This document shows positions 26,741 to 39,276 of a stretch of DNA of 64,000 nucleotides, piece after piece. The DNA comes from Camelus dromedarius (taxonomy: Eukaryota), in assembly GCF_036321535.1 (NCBI RefSeq), contig NC_087436.1, positions 90,770,001-90,834,000 on the forward strand. Direction: 5' to 3'. The stretch's first letter is position 1, and the number at the start of each line of letters is the position of its first letter. Under the pieces are notes generated by a model, which saw nothing but the letters and a program-made list of their open reading frames with translations, was not told where the DNA came from and made no database searches. The position numbers and the translations under genes were made by a program.

Positions 26741-26965
26741 TGGTGCCCAACTTCCCTAACCTTCTGGATTGCACAGCCTTATGTAATTGTCCCCCTTAGA
26801 TTGTGCAGAGGAGCTACAGCATGCCTCTAAGCAATAACTATGACAACAATGAGGAGATATCATTTCTATTATTACATTCAGTAAGATTCTAACTTCCATC
26901 TTTCTAGCCGACTCTCTACTGACTCCCTCCCTTGATGGCTCATCAGAAGAAAGATACCACTTGAA
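26740..26965 (+). mobile_element. MaLR LTR 5' part (MLT1E/F/G-like)
   Basis: 'atggtgcccaac...ccttatgtaattgtccccc' and 'acttccatctttctagccgactctct'. Confidence 0.65.
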
Positions 26966-27567
26966 ATTAGTGACCCAATTTTGTGGGCCACAAACCATGT
27001 TCTTTGTTAGAGAGTTGAAATAAATGGAATTATCTGAGAAAAAAAAAGACCCTCAGGATGAATAATACTAACATAGCACCTACTGCCTTAAATCAAATAT
27101 ACTGCCTTAAATCAAAAATACTTAAGATTGCATTCTCTCGATGCAATCTAAGCTTAGCACAGCCATTCTGGCTATGTATACACATTACATACGCACATAT
27201 TCATTCATTTAATTCTTAAAACAACACTATGTGGTAAGTGCTATTATTAGGACTATATATTACCTTATTACTGTTAGTGGTGGTATTCTAAAAAGTGGAA
27301 ACTATGGTATGCAACTCATGAGTGGGGGAATTTGGATTTGAACTAAGTCTAGTTCACAGTCTATCTTTTACATTGTACTGTTTTTCATAATACAGCTATT
27401 TAAGTAGCCGATGTTCTCTCATGTCAAAAGGGTAGCAGATTATAACAAGAGAACAATTTGTAATAAGGACAATTTATGCCAGATGTCAGCTGATCTTAGT
27501 TTCTGAAGCAGTGACTAATTCGGGCCAGCCTGTTTTTGGCTGAGAAACCAGGATGGGTATTTTCGGG

Positions 27568-27758
27568 TAAGGTTTATCAACACTGGCACAATTACCTGGG
27601 GCTGGATAATTCCTCATGGTCGAGGGCCCTGTGCATTTCAGGATATTTAGCATCATCCCTGGCCTCTAGCCCCTAGGTCCCAGTGGCAGCTGTTCAGTTG
27701 TGATAACCAAGAATAGCATCCTCTGCAGGTCGAAGTCACCCCGGGTAGGGAACCACTG
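27568..27758 (-). mobile_element. MER20 (hAT-Charlie) DNA transposon
   Basis: 'ggataattc...cctgtgcatttcaggatatttagcatcatccctggcctctagcccctag...cagttgtgataaccaagaat...gaaccactg' matches the reverse complement of the recalled MER20 consensus. Confidence 0.88.
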
Positions 27759-30700
27759 CCTTGGGGACAAGGATAGAGAATTTCTCCTCTTGATACAAGA
27801 GAAAAATTACCAGAATAGGAGGCTTGAGGTCAAAGACTACAGAAGACAACAACATATCAACAAAAAGAAGAGGCAGTGTGTAGCCAGGAAGCTGGTAAAA
27901 AAAAAAAGTGAAAAAGTACCAAAGAAACAACAACAAAAGTACCAGAAACAACAACAAAAAAGGCTGTTTTTTGAAAAAAGGCACTATCGACAATTTCAAG
28001 GTCTCATTTTCCTCTTCCACTCACCCCATCTAAGAATGATAAAGACTGAAATTTTTCTTTTCCAGCCCACTAAGGTATAATAGGCAAATAAAAATTATAT
28101 ACAATCAGGTTGTACAATGTGATGATTTAAATCACATACATTATGAAAACTCAAACCAGTTTTAAGAGTGAAAGTTGTCACAAAAATAAAGGTTTCCAAT
28201 GCCATATAGCAATCACAAAGCAAAATGAGGCTTATCCCACCACCTCTCTCATTCTCCACCTAGGACAGCTGGTGCATAAAATGCCACCCTCCCATGATGT
28301 GGCCGTGCCAGGTGTCACCAGCTGATGGCAATGCTCTCCTGCCAAGCCTAAATAGAGTCTCAGATTCCCCCTCAACACTGCATTCTAAGCAGAACCTGTC
28401 ACTAATCAGAGTTGACATGTGAAATGAAATCAATTTTTCATACCTGTTATAGATGCTGTGTTTCTCTTGATAGATTCTAAGACTAACACAGTCATTCTGA
28501 CAGTCATATAAAAGTATTAACTCATAGTGAGCTTACCTTCCTACAAGATACGTAAGCGTTTTTTTCATCTATATTGCTATCAAGCCATATTGGTAAGTTC
28601 AGGACACTATGGAATTTTATCTTACTAGAGAAGCTCTTACGTTTACTTGTATTTAAATCTATAGAGATATGAATCAGGCTCTCATAGAATAAATTTCAAT
28701 TTCATTTCCAGCCTGAAGTCATCTGAAATTTTGATAAGAATTATTTTTTATCTCTAAATAATTTAATAAATATTTTCAATTCAATGGATTCTTGTTTCTG
28801 GAGAACTCTCACAGTTTTACAACTATCCACCTTCAGATACCATTGACTCAATATTTAATCAACAAACATAATCTGAGGGGAATTCTAACAGTTTTCTGAA
28901 TAGTTAGTAACTATGTAATCATAACTTCCAGCCTATTATTTGATATCATGAATCTTTGTGAAAAACTGATGTCCACATACACTGCCACGTTTCCCTAATC
29001 CACTCTCAAAGACAGAAGTAAGGTTAATATAACGTGACTCACTTTTAATGGATACTTTTTAGTGAATCCAGTTCTTTACTACTACCTTCTTCTCAAAGCT
29101 CTCAAAACTGTACATTTATGCAAAGGACTTTATAATCCAAAGGGAAATCATAATGGAAAAACACATCAAAAGGGATCCGCTACCTCCCTGAAATCTAAAT
29201 AAAATCTCCTTGAAACTCCATTCTAAACCCTGTACAAGACAAAAGGCTTCCCTCTACTTCCCTTGGGCTAACACTCTTGGCCTTTCCTCTGGTTTCTAGC
29301 TTTATGGTTCAACAGAAAGTTCTCAGTTAATGGACTATCCAGCCATCTCCTAAACTAACACAAATGAGGATCTGATGATCAGATGACCCTCCTGTTGAAA
29401 TGACCCACGGCCTTTCTAACACCAGGGAAGTTTCCGGGGCCACCCCACCCCACATTGTACTCCTAGTGCACTCCTAGTGCTACAAATGCTTTTAGAAATC
29501 TCTCTCCTCTCATTTCCCCTTCCTTTTCCTCTCCTCTTCCTTCTTAGAAGCAGAGATCAAATTTTGTTTTCTCTCTCAACTGAACCATATTTGCTTGGCT
29601 CCTGTCCTCAAGGTATGTATTACCCTTTATAAAGGCATTTTCCTAAAATAAAAGTGGGTAAAAATACATATGCTTCCCAAGGAGAGAGGAATAACTAAAA
29701 TAAACTGGATGCCAGTAAAAAGTAATGCAAATTCAATGAAATATAGCAACTGACATATTCCATCAGTGTTAGGAAGCTAACAGGAAGTGACTGCGACCAT
29801 AACAAACAGAAAAGGGCATGCCCAGTCTACAGGGATGGCTGTAACTGTTAGCTACAAAAAGTATTTGATCTGGCTTTTTTAAAAATCTGGAATCCAAAAT
29901 GTGTGTACAATTTCTTATGTTTAAAATACTGGCTTATTTTAACATCTATCATTCAGGTCATTATGTCTGTAGGCTGCTTAAGGCCTGTGGGTAACCAGTC
30001 GGAAACCACTGTTCCAAACAAAAACGTGTCCTCCCGAGTTAATTCTGGTGCCAGCCATTAAGCAAATAAAATTTTCACAAACACCCACTTTATCTACATT
30101 TTAAATTCCAGAGAAAGCAGTTCATCGACATACAGCTAGTCATTTGTGAATTCCAAAGCTAACACAAGAAGCAGCCAATAAGAAAATGACCATAGATTTC
30201 CCAATTTTGCTTCATTCAATTCAGATAATTTTATAGGAAGGTAGCTTTCAGTTTTGTTTGAAGGGACAGATCCCTCATTAGCATCGTTATCATACAGCTG
30301 CATTAGCCGTGAGGTGAAGCAATAAGGCAAATCGACCGTGACTTCTTGGCTTTTTTTTCTTATTTTCCCCAGTATTAAAAGTTACTGCTGTGCACCTATC
30401 TTCTGATTTTTACCCCTGCCAGAATTGCTGTTTAAAAAGTGAAAAGCATTTTAACTGTAATGTCACAATTCAATAACCTAATATGCAATTATCTCTTTCA
30501 CTATCACACAGAGCTCCAGCCTTTCAAACACACAAAGAAGACTAAAAGATGCTCTATAGTATCTTCTAAAAGATACTTTCTGCACTCCTCCTCCTCACAT
30601 ATTCTGTGCTTTTCTGCATTTCTCTTACCTTTCAGCTCTGCCTTGTGTCTTCTCCCCCATTTAGTCATCAGACTCTTTATGGCATGAAAGGAGTTAGTAA

Positions 30701-33429
30701 TCATTTTATGATAGTTCTCTGAACACCACTTTGATCTTCCTAGAAGAAAGCACTGTATGACTTTAATAAGTGGGCATATTATGTAACTGGAATGAACATT
30801 TTCTAAAACTTATGAATAATTGATAACAGGCTCCCGTCACAGGTCAAGCCTAAGCCAATACTGAAAAACTCCTGGTATCTTTACTTTAAAAAAAAAAAAA
30901 TCACACTAAAGATGGATTTGTACAGCCAGCATTACTTTTTACCTAAGAATGAAAATGGAGGAAACTTCAAATATATCAGAGTTCACAAGAGAAAAGATGA
31001 ATTTTGTATCCTACAATTCCTTCAAGACATACTATTTTTATCCTCTTTCTCCCCAAAATATCTTTGCATTTTTAAGCACCCTGATTGTAATTATTATTAG
31101 CTAGAAAAATAATCATCATAATGGCAAAAGTCTTAGGCAGTAAATAAAAGATAAAATTAACTACTGAGCTTCTGGAAACGGAATGGATTCTTTCTAGCTA
31201 AGAATTAAGGAAGGATTTGCTATTAATAACAATGTTTAACTCTGCTGTGAGCATTTGCATGCCTACCTGCACAGTGCCAAGAGAAAAAGGCAAGCCAAAG
31301 GGAAATCCAGTAATAGGGCTAAATTTCATTAAAGCAGCTTTTATGTTTGTCTAACATTTTGCCAGATTTTCGCAGATTTCTGTGTATGTGATAATACCGA
31401 ATATGCTACAGAAACACATATTATTTTTCTCTTAGCTGAGTAATAGGGAGATTAGTTTAAAGAAGTAAGACGTAAGTTTGGTGACTCTCGGTCTGCTCAG
31501 CTCTAGGCCTTTAGAAATCCTACTTTCTGAGCCCCTGAGTCAATCTCCTGGTGTCAAGTAAGTGTCCTAGCTGAACTCCTGAAGATCCCATCTCATGTTT
31601 GGGTCCTTATCATGCACGCTACCTGACAAGAGGATGAATCCCGATTACTGTTGCACCACAGAAGGGACTCCTCGTGGTTTTGGAGGTTAATGGGCCACAG
31701 CAAAGCCCACGGCTATTTAAGCAGAAGTTATTAGTGCTGTAGTGTGATGGTCCGTCCATATTTGTCTGGTCCTAGCCTCCATCCATCTGTTCAGAATCCA
31801 CGTCCAACTCCACAGAGGCCATCCTGAGCCTCTACCAGAGATAATGAGAGGGAATTGGTCACTATTCCAGTAACTCTCACCCTTGAGCACAGTAGCTGGG
31901 GAGATGTGATTAAAAATAACTGCTCTTCCTTATCCAAGGACTAAATCCCTGTTCGTGTGATTAAGACCCTTCTCTGCCATGAAGGTTCCCCAGACATAAA
32001 CAAATTTCCTGGAGCTTTGTCTATTACTTGCTGCCAAATGCTTCTCCTGCCACGTTCCACTAACCTGCCAAGAAAGCCACCTGCCTGCCTGGCTGTCCCC
32101 GGACTTCCTTGGTGATGACAATTGACCTATCTGCGCTTCCCATCAAGAGGCCCTCGGTGGCTCTGACTCCTACGCTGGCCCATCTCACAGCCAATAACAA
32201 AGTCTAGACACCACCATTTAAGGAAAGTCCGGCATTAAATTTCTAAGGTGGAGTTAAAAGGCATTCTGATTTAGCCATCTCGACTCTCAAACAAGCCCAA
32301 ATTTACTGTGTTAGGCTGACTGAGCAACAACCCAAAGAAGAGCCAGCTCTTAGTCCCTAACTGACTTTCAAATGTATACACCTTGCCCGTGATCTTGTCC
32401 TAGAGCAGCAAGGCTTTCCTTGTAAGGAAGGCTGACTAGCATTTTGAGAAGTGTTTCCATCCATTTTGAATAAAAGACTGTTTATCCATTAGGGTGGGTG
32501 TTCTGGGTTTTTTTTTTGTTTGTTTGTTTGTTTTTTTTTTTTTACAGTCTCCATGAATGTTCTCCCAAAATAAAGATGCATGGATGCATTCCATGTATAC
32601 AATTAACAAATTGCAGAGGATTTTGGAAACATACACAGGCTTCCTGAAAATGTCAGCATCAGGTCAGATAGGCAGGGAATACCCTGCCTTGTCCTACACT
32701 GCCATCAGGTGGATAATGTAAATAAGGCTGTCTAACTACAGCAATTTAGTCACTTATCTGCTTTTAAGTTCAGATGATCTTTCACCCCAGGGTGCCCGAG
32801 ACAGGCCAGGTTTACTTCTTGTCAGAGCATATTCAGTAAGAACCACCTTTTATTCTCCAAAGATTCCTATCTAGATAATTCATAATATTAATAAAATAGC
32901 TCAGCCTAAAAGACACTTCATCCAGTTCCTGTCTACCTTACTCAGCTAGCCCCCCTCGTTCATTATACTCCAGACACGCTGGCCGTGATGCCAAGCTTTG
33001 CCCCCTGCTCTTCCCTCTACTCGAACCCCTTTCCTATTCTTCCAGATTGAAGTAAGGCCGCGTCTGCTTGTCATTGAGATCTCCACTCCTATGTGGGGCT
33101 TCCCTCTCTACATTCCAACTCCTTTACTATTATCTGCCTTGAAATTGGCAAATCTCATTAGGTCCTTTAACCCTGTTCACAACTGTAACTCAAAGAAGCC
33201 CCAGGTTCCAGGGCACCCTTCAGCTCTCACACTCTAAGCCTCATTAGACAATGAGGGCTGCCACTTTTACCATGAATCCAGGCGGGCCTGAAATATTTCC
33301 TATGTATGCCCGTCATCCTGAAACACATAGCAGTGGTGCCCCACTGCTTTAAGAAATGCCCTATTTGAAAGATAAATTATATGTTCATCCTGTCCCTTCT
33401 GTATCTTTCTCCTATCCCTAATCAATTCC

Positions 33430-34530
33430 TAAAAACTTCCACTGCATCCTCTGAGATATGATTCACCAGCAGCCAAAATCTTCTATATTCATTCTCAGCC
33501 TCCTCTCTTAAAACGCCCTTTATTTTCTTTCTGAAACCGAAATCTGGCTCTTTCCTGAGGACTGTGCTTCTCCATGACTGTCCTATGGAGTGGCTGTTGC
33601 CATCCACTACACACACAGCCCTTGTTCAGCCCCTGTCTGAAGACAATGTATTGTTTTTCTTAGTCCTCATTCCTGCTTTGGGAACATCCTTCCTCCCTCT
33701 TCCCTAACAATGCAAGAGCTGTTAATCACACATCATCAGGTTATAACTCGCTCTGGCTGTCATTTACCACCCGAGTAGATTTGTCAAGTTTTCAACAATT
33801 GTAAATCCTAGCTACCACCACTGTCTGAGCCATTTCAATTCCTAGAAATACCTTGATGCTTTATCACCAGAGAAGTTCTGTGAGAATGTTCCATGTTACC
33901 AAGGAGGAATAGTTCATAAGCTATTATCTTTTGCCCGGATTATTAAAATAGCTTCCAAAACTGTCTACATATGTTCACTTCTGTTCATAGAGAGTTTATC
34001 CTCAACATCATAGCTGGAACAAACATCATAAAACATAATCCACATCATTTCCTCTGGAAAAAAAAAATCATGTACCAATTCTCATTTTACTTAAGAGAAA
34101 AGCAAGAGTTTAAGATGGTTTATAAGGCCCTTACCACTTTACCCCTCATTCACTTCACTCCAGCCACTGGCCCCCTTAAATACCACCTGAGCAGGCCCCA
34201 GAAAAATCACAGGTTATCCTCCCAGGTGGTCCTTCCCTCAGCTTGGAGTGCACTATCTGACCATCTGCATGGTGACTCCATCATGACTGTGAACAACTGG
34301 CTCAAATCCACTTTCCAACATGTTCTCCTTGATCTCCTACAAAAATGTACAACCTCTCTAAGTATCTTCTACTTGCCGTTAACCTGTCCCATTTTTCTCT
34401 CTTGCCAGAGTCCTTTTTAAAATCATTTGTTATTTACCTTGCTAGAATGTAAACCCCACAATGACAGATATTTTCATCTAGCTTACCACAAACATGTCCC
34501 AAGCATCTAGAACATTGCAGGCGTGTTATT
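33430..34530 (+). mobile_element. L2 remnants (ORF2 endonuclease-region relic at about 33430-33830; 3' region at 33920-34530)
   Basis: 'tttctttctgaaaccgaaatctggctctttcctgaggactgtgct' translates FLSETEIWLFPEDCA, resembling the APE motif LTETWL. The 3' part has 'tttataaggccct' and 'gctagaatgtaaaccccac'. It explains ORF 33971-34420. Confidence 0.7.
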
Positions 34531-36022
34531 GAACGGAGTAATATAACGTATCTTAAGCTAGCCTGTAGTTAGCCAATGGAACCATAAACATAACTATAAT
34601 CACTGATTTGTTAAAGGTCTTTCATCTTTTGAATATCACAGTCAGTCCTACCAATCAGAGATAAAAGGGTAGTGACGTGGAGATCAAATTCTGGGATTCT
34701 CGGTTGTGCTTCGGTTGGCTGGCACTGTGTTTCTAAGCTTTGTATTTGAATGTCATTAAATAATATACATATTTTTTAATGTAACACAGTCCCCATCAGC
34801 CCATCTTGTCTTATAGTCAGTTGATATCACTGGATTTTTTTTTTAACCATTGGGTCCTTATGCATATTTAAGTTTGTGAACCTTACTTTAGATTTATATT
34901 CCTAACAGAGTGATCATAGAAGACAGTTTTGTAAAGCACATTTGGGTGTTCTGGTTCAACAGCCCTCAGTGTGTTTTGTTAAAGAGCAAGTAGAGGTCAG
35001 TGTTGATGCCATGTAAGACCAACTCTACAAATAAAGAAGAAAAAGCATCATCAAACTATCTTAGCTATGGCTTCTGGGACTGCAGATTTCTTGAGCATAG
35101 AGTCTGTATCTTATTCACCTCTGAGCACTTTACAGAACTATCTACCAGACCTCGGTGGGGCCTGTGTAAGGGCAATGCAGTCTTATTCACCATTATGCCC
35201 CCAGCACGTAAAGCCAGCCTTGCACTTGAAAGCTGCTATGCTTGTTGAATCAAGGAAAGGCAATTAACCCAGTGAACAATGTACAAGCGAGTCTAAAGAA
35301 AACTTAATGCCCACTTTACTCTGCCCTCAAGTTGCTCCCTTACCATCCTTTCTTGGTTCCTAGAAATACTTTGACACTCTGGCAAGAGGAACTCAGTGAG
35401 AAAGCTACCTGTTACCTGGGAGGGATATCTTATAAGCTATTGTTTCTTGCTAACACAAAAGCAAGGATTAGTTTGTCCAGTTAGTTCACTGGCACAGTTA
35501 ATGGTAGGTAAAAGTGCTTTAACAGAATAGGACACAGAGCAGACAAGCTTCATGAAGGTGCTGTGAAGAGGGAACTCAGGGGGTGGAGTTATCGGACAGG
35601 AGTTCTACTACGGGGAGATCAGGGTGAGTTCAGTGTGAAGCTGGGAGCTGGGCAGATAAAGTCAGGGGTGGCAGTTGAAAAAAAAGCATTTCAGTTTTTT
35701 CCAGGTCTGCTTTTCCTTGCCTATGCTGAAATTCAACCGACAACTTTGTTTTTCTTTGCGATAATTTTTTTCTCAAGAACCAGAGGACCATGACAGACTA
35801 CTTTTCTAGTCTTGGCATAGAGGTATTCAATAACTGCCCTAAGTGTAGTTAAATAAATCATTTGAATGTATAGTTCATTTGTTTTATTAGGTGCCATATA
35901 CTCATTTTTCTTTCATAATGCATTGAAAAGAATTGTGGTAGGATTAACAGAGATGTTGTCTGTGAAGTACTCAGCATGGTGCTGGGCACAAAGCAGGTCC
36001 TCAATAAGTGGTAGTTATTCAG

Positions 36023-36029
<7 letters not shown>

Positions 36030-36075
<46 letters not shown>
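36030..36075. repeat. (TA)23 microsatellite, just after a MIR tail (about 35930-36020)
   Basis: Directly visible and uninterrupted. Confidence 0.97.
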
Positions 36076-36078
<3 letters not shown>

Positions 36079-37539
36079 CTATTTAAATACCTTCTTATAT
36101 TGAATTTCCCATCGGGCTTCTAAATGAATCCCTATAGTTCTGTATGTATTAAGAAGGAAATGAAAGATTGTTTTTCCTTCTGTATGATTTTTTGCTTCTC
36201 TTCCCTTTTTTGCTTTATTATAGGACTTAGAGGAAATTAAACCCTGTCACAATCATGATGAGAACATGAGACTCAAAGAACAAAAGCAAAAGACAGCTTA
36301 GCCCCATTCTTTTAAGACAATACCAAAGGCCAGTTATTAGGTAGAGGCAAGGGGGACCTCCTTCCTATAAAATACTTTGAGAGATTGTCTTAAGTTCCTC
36401 AATGTTCATAGGGTGGCTGCCCCAAAGAAATACACTTTTGAAACATGCCAAACAAAAATTCTTTAATAATATCACATCCTATTAATTCTAAGTTTTATTC
36501 TGAAGGAAATTTTCACTTTCCTCTTTTTGTCAAACATATTTGTTCTTAAGAAAGTCTAGATACTCTATCTTAAAAAATTCCACAGAAACTCATACAAGAT
36601 AATTAATAATTTTATTATTAAGAAGTTTGTATCAAACTGAGCATTACTTCCCATTTTAGAGGAAAAATCTCCAGTATAGAGTAATAAATGAAAATTATTA
36701 ACCATTTCATTTTAATTACATCTATATGACAAACTATCAAGTTGTTTAGTTTATAAAGAATTTGATATATTTATAAGCCAAAAGCCTTTATAAGTAAGAA
36801 ACTATATGATTTGAAAGATTTAACTGTATTTAAATATATACTCCCTTCTTTATTCTACTAATAATTTCACTGCAAAATCATGGTGGGTGGACTTACTTTG
36901 GGGAGAAAAACAGCTTATTTAAGGGAAGTTGTATCTGTGAAGTACCTGATTATGGCAAATCTAAAGATAAAAAGACAACGTATAAGTAATTTAAAAGATT
37001 TTCTTGGTTTTAGTGGCTCATTTCAGTATTTGATCCACATTTGGCTAAATTTCAGCTTATTTATATCTAAACCCTTTCCAGTGTGCTGAGTATAGACAAT
37101 TACATTCCTTGATCTAAAGAGTTAAGTGTAAGACCAAAAAGAAGAGGGAAGAGATGAAAGTTGAGCAGGAGGTAGAGGAAAGGATGAATACTATTAACTT
37201 TCCTCTCATGTTCCCCTCCTCTCGCCCTTCACAATCATTGGCAGGCACCCAGTCATTCCTTTAATACATCTCTTACATCTTACTTGGCAGAACCACTTCT
37301 GCTTGGAAAAACACTTACAATTTCCAAGATTAAAAAAAAATATGTGTGAGGGGATCTGGAGGTTTGAATGAGATGTATAAAGAGCACATTTTCTTAAAGT
37401 TGTCTTCATAGTTGTGAATGTTCCAGAATACACAAGGAAGCTTTCTTTATAGATATCTTTTGAGCATCTAACTCCCTTTTGGAACAAGGGAAAGAAAAGA
37501 GATAAAAAGACAAATTTGCAAGTTCTTGGAAGAATGAAG

Positions 37540-37900
37540 TGTTCAATGAGACGTGACCAAACTCGATAAATACCATTAAAAAATGAAAAGAAGAAAATTG
37601 GGAGGTTCCTAAAATGGAATCACAAATGATTATTGAGAAGTAATTAGATCTGTGCAATGGTCCACAAGGGGGAGTGCAGAAGGACACTGAGAACAGGAAT
37701 CTACGTGATCAATGGTATCATTAACAGAGAGAAATAACAAAGGAGGAGCAAGTTAGAGCAGAAGAATGATCACTTCTCTTTGGGACATATTAATTTACAT
37801 CCAGGGGTGGTGCTCTAATATGCAACTAGGAACATCAGCCTTGAGCCTAAGAAAGACACTGGGGCTCTGGTCATCAGTCATCAGAGGAGACGGGTGACAT
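37540..37900 (-). mobile_element. Decayed L2 fragment
   Basis: 'gtatcattaacagagag...aggaggagcaagtt...ctttgggacatatt' resembles reverse L2. Confidence 0.55.
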
Positions 37901-38119
37901 TAGTGTGGGCTCCATGGTAGGCACTATCCTCTGTGCTTCAGCACCAGAGAAGCCAAACAGAAGAAGGGCTCTCTGGAAGTAAGCCCAGGCCAACAAGAAA
38001 GGCAGTATCTTTCTTTAATAAACCACTACCAAAATATAAGTTTACTTCTAAAGGACTGCCATTCTTACATATGAAATTCCAATTATATTTGAATTACATC
38101 TTACTATAAAAATGGTTCT

Positions 38120-39276
38120 TGTTCTCCTAGGACAGTCTACCCAAGCAATAGAAATAAAATCAAGAATAAACAAATAGGACCTAATTAAACTTACAAGCTT
38201 TTGCACAGCAAAGGAAACCATAAATAAAACAAAATGACAACCTACCGAATGGGAGAAAATTTTTGGAAATGAAACCGACAAAGACTTGATCTTCAGAATA
38301 TATAAGCAGCTCATACAACTTAATAAGAAAAAATCAAACAACCCAATCCAAAAATGGGCAGAAGACCTAAACAAGCAATTCGCCAAGGAAGACATACAAA
38401 TGATCAATAGGCACACGAAAAAATGCTCAATATCACTAATTATCAGAGAAATGCAAATCAAAACTACAATGAGGTATCACCTCACACCAGCCAGAATGGC
38501 CATCATTCCAAAGTCCACAAATGACAAATGCTGGAGATGCTGTGGAGAAAAGGGAACCCTCCTACACTGCTGGTGGGAATGCAGTTTGGTGCAGCCACTT
38601 TGGAAAACAGTATGGAGATTCCTCAAAAGACTAGGAATAGACTTACTGTATGACCCAGTCATCCCACTCCTGGGCATATATCCAGAAGGAACCCTACTTC
38701 AGAAAGGCACCTGCACCCCAATATTCATAGCAGCACTATTTACAATAGCCAAGACATGGAAACAGCCTAAATGTCCATCAACAGATGACTGGATAAAGAA
38801 GCGGTATATTTATACAATGGAATACTACTCAACCATAAAAACCTACAACATAACGCCATTTGCAGCAACATGGATGTCCCTGGAGAATGTCATTCTAAGT
38901 GAAGTAAGCCAGAAAGAGAAAGAAAAATACCATATGAGATCTCTCATATGTGGAATCTAAAAAAGAACATAAATACAAAACAGAAACAGACTCATAGACA
39001 CAGAATACAAACTCGTGGTTGCCAAGGGGGCTGGGGGTGGGAAGGGACAGATTGGGACTTCAAAATGTAGACTACATAAACAAGAATATACTGTATAGCA
39101 CAGGGAAATATAAACAAGATCTTGTGGTAGCTCACAACAACAAAAAAAAAAAAGTGACAATGAATATATGTATGTTCATGTATAATTGAAAAATTGTGCT
39201 CTACACTGGAATTTGACACAACATTGTAAAATGACTATTACTCAATAAAAAAATGTTGAAAAAAAGAAAGAAAGAA
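38120..39276 (+). mobile_element. Young 5'-truncated L1 (probably camelid-type), ORF2 3' part plus 3' UTR
   Basis: Near-intact ORF2p C-terminus, 3' UTR with G-rich tract, AATAAA at 39244-39249 and an A-rich tail. TSD aaaaatggttct at 38108-38119 and 39432-39443. Confidence 0.95.
38286..38960 (+). pseudogene. L1 ORF2p C-terminal fragment including the Cys-rich domain; truncated, no endonuclease or RT core
   Basis: Translation contains [55 protein letters not shown] and [19 protein letters not shown], all hallmark L1 ORF2p motifs. Confidence 0.95.

Noticed and set aside
27081..27116. 17-bp direct repeat TACTGCCTTAAATCAAA x2
   Set aside because: Simple slippage duplication. There are two copies with no spacers, so it is not CRISPR-like.
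27700..28080. 126-aa Lys/Gln-rich ORF and its hydrophobic antisense ORF
   Set aside because: It starts inside MER20 and runs through A-rich sequence and a short tandem duplication (about 27912-27960). Compositional artefact.
28050..28080. Possible 9-nt microexon (ttttccag|CCCACTAAG|gtataa)
   Set aside because: Weak donor and no supported host gene on the plus strand.
29780..30011. Possible MER45-like hAT remnant
   Set aside because: Similarity is too weak to call by eye.
33971..34420. 149-aa ORF
   Set aside because: It lies wholly in a decayed L2 and has no recognisable protein features.
37937..37957. REST/NRSE-like TTCAGCACC
   Set aside because: Only the left half-site is present; the GGACAG half is absent.
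38048..38677. Minus-strand ORFs (137 aa and 66 aa)
   Set aside because: They are antisense frames of L1 ORF2, a common artefact, not genes.
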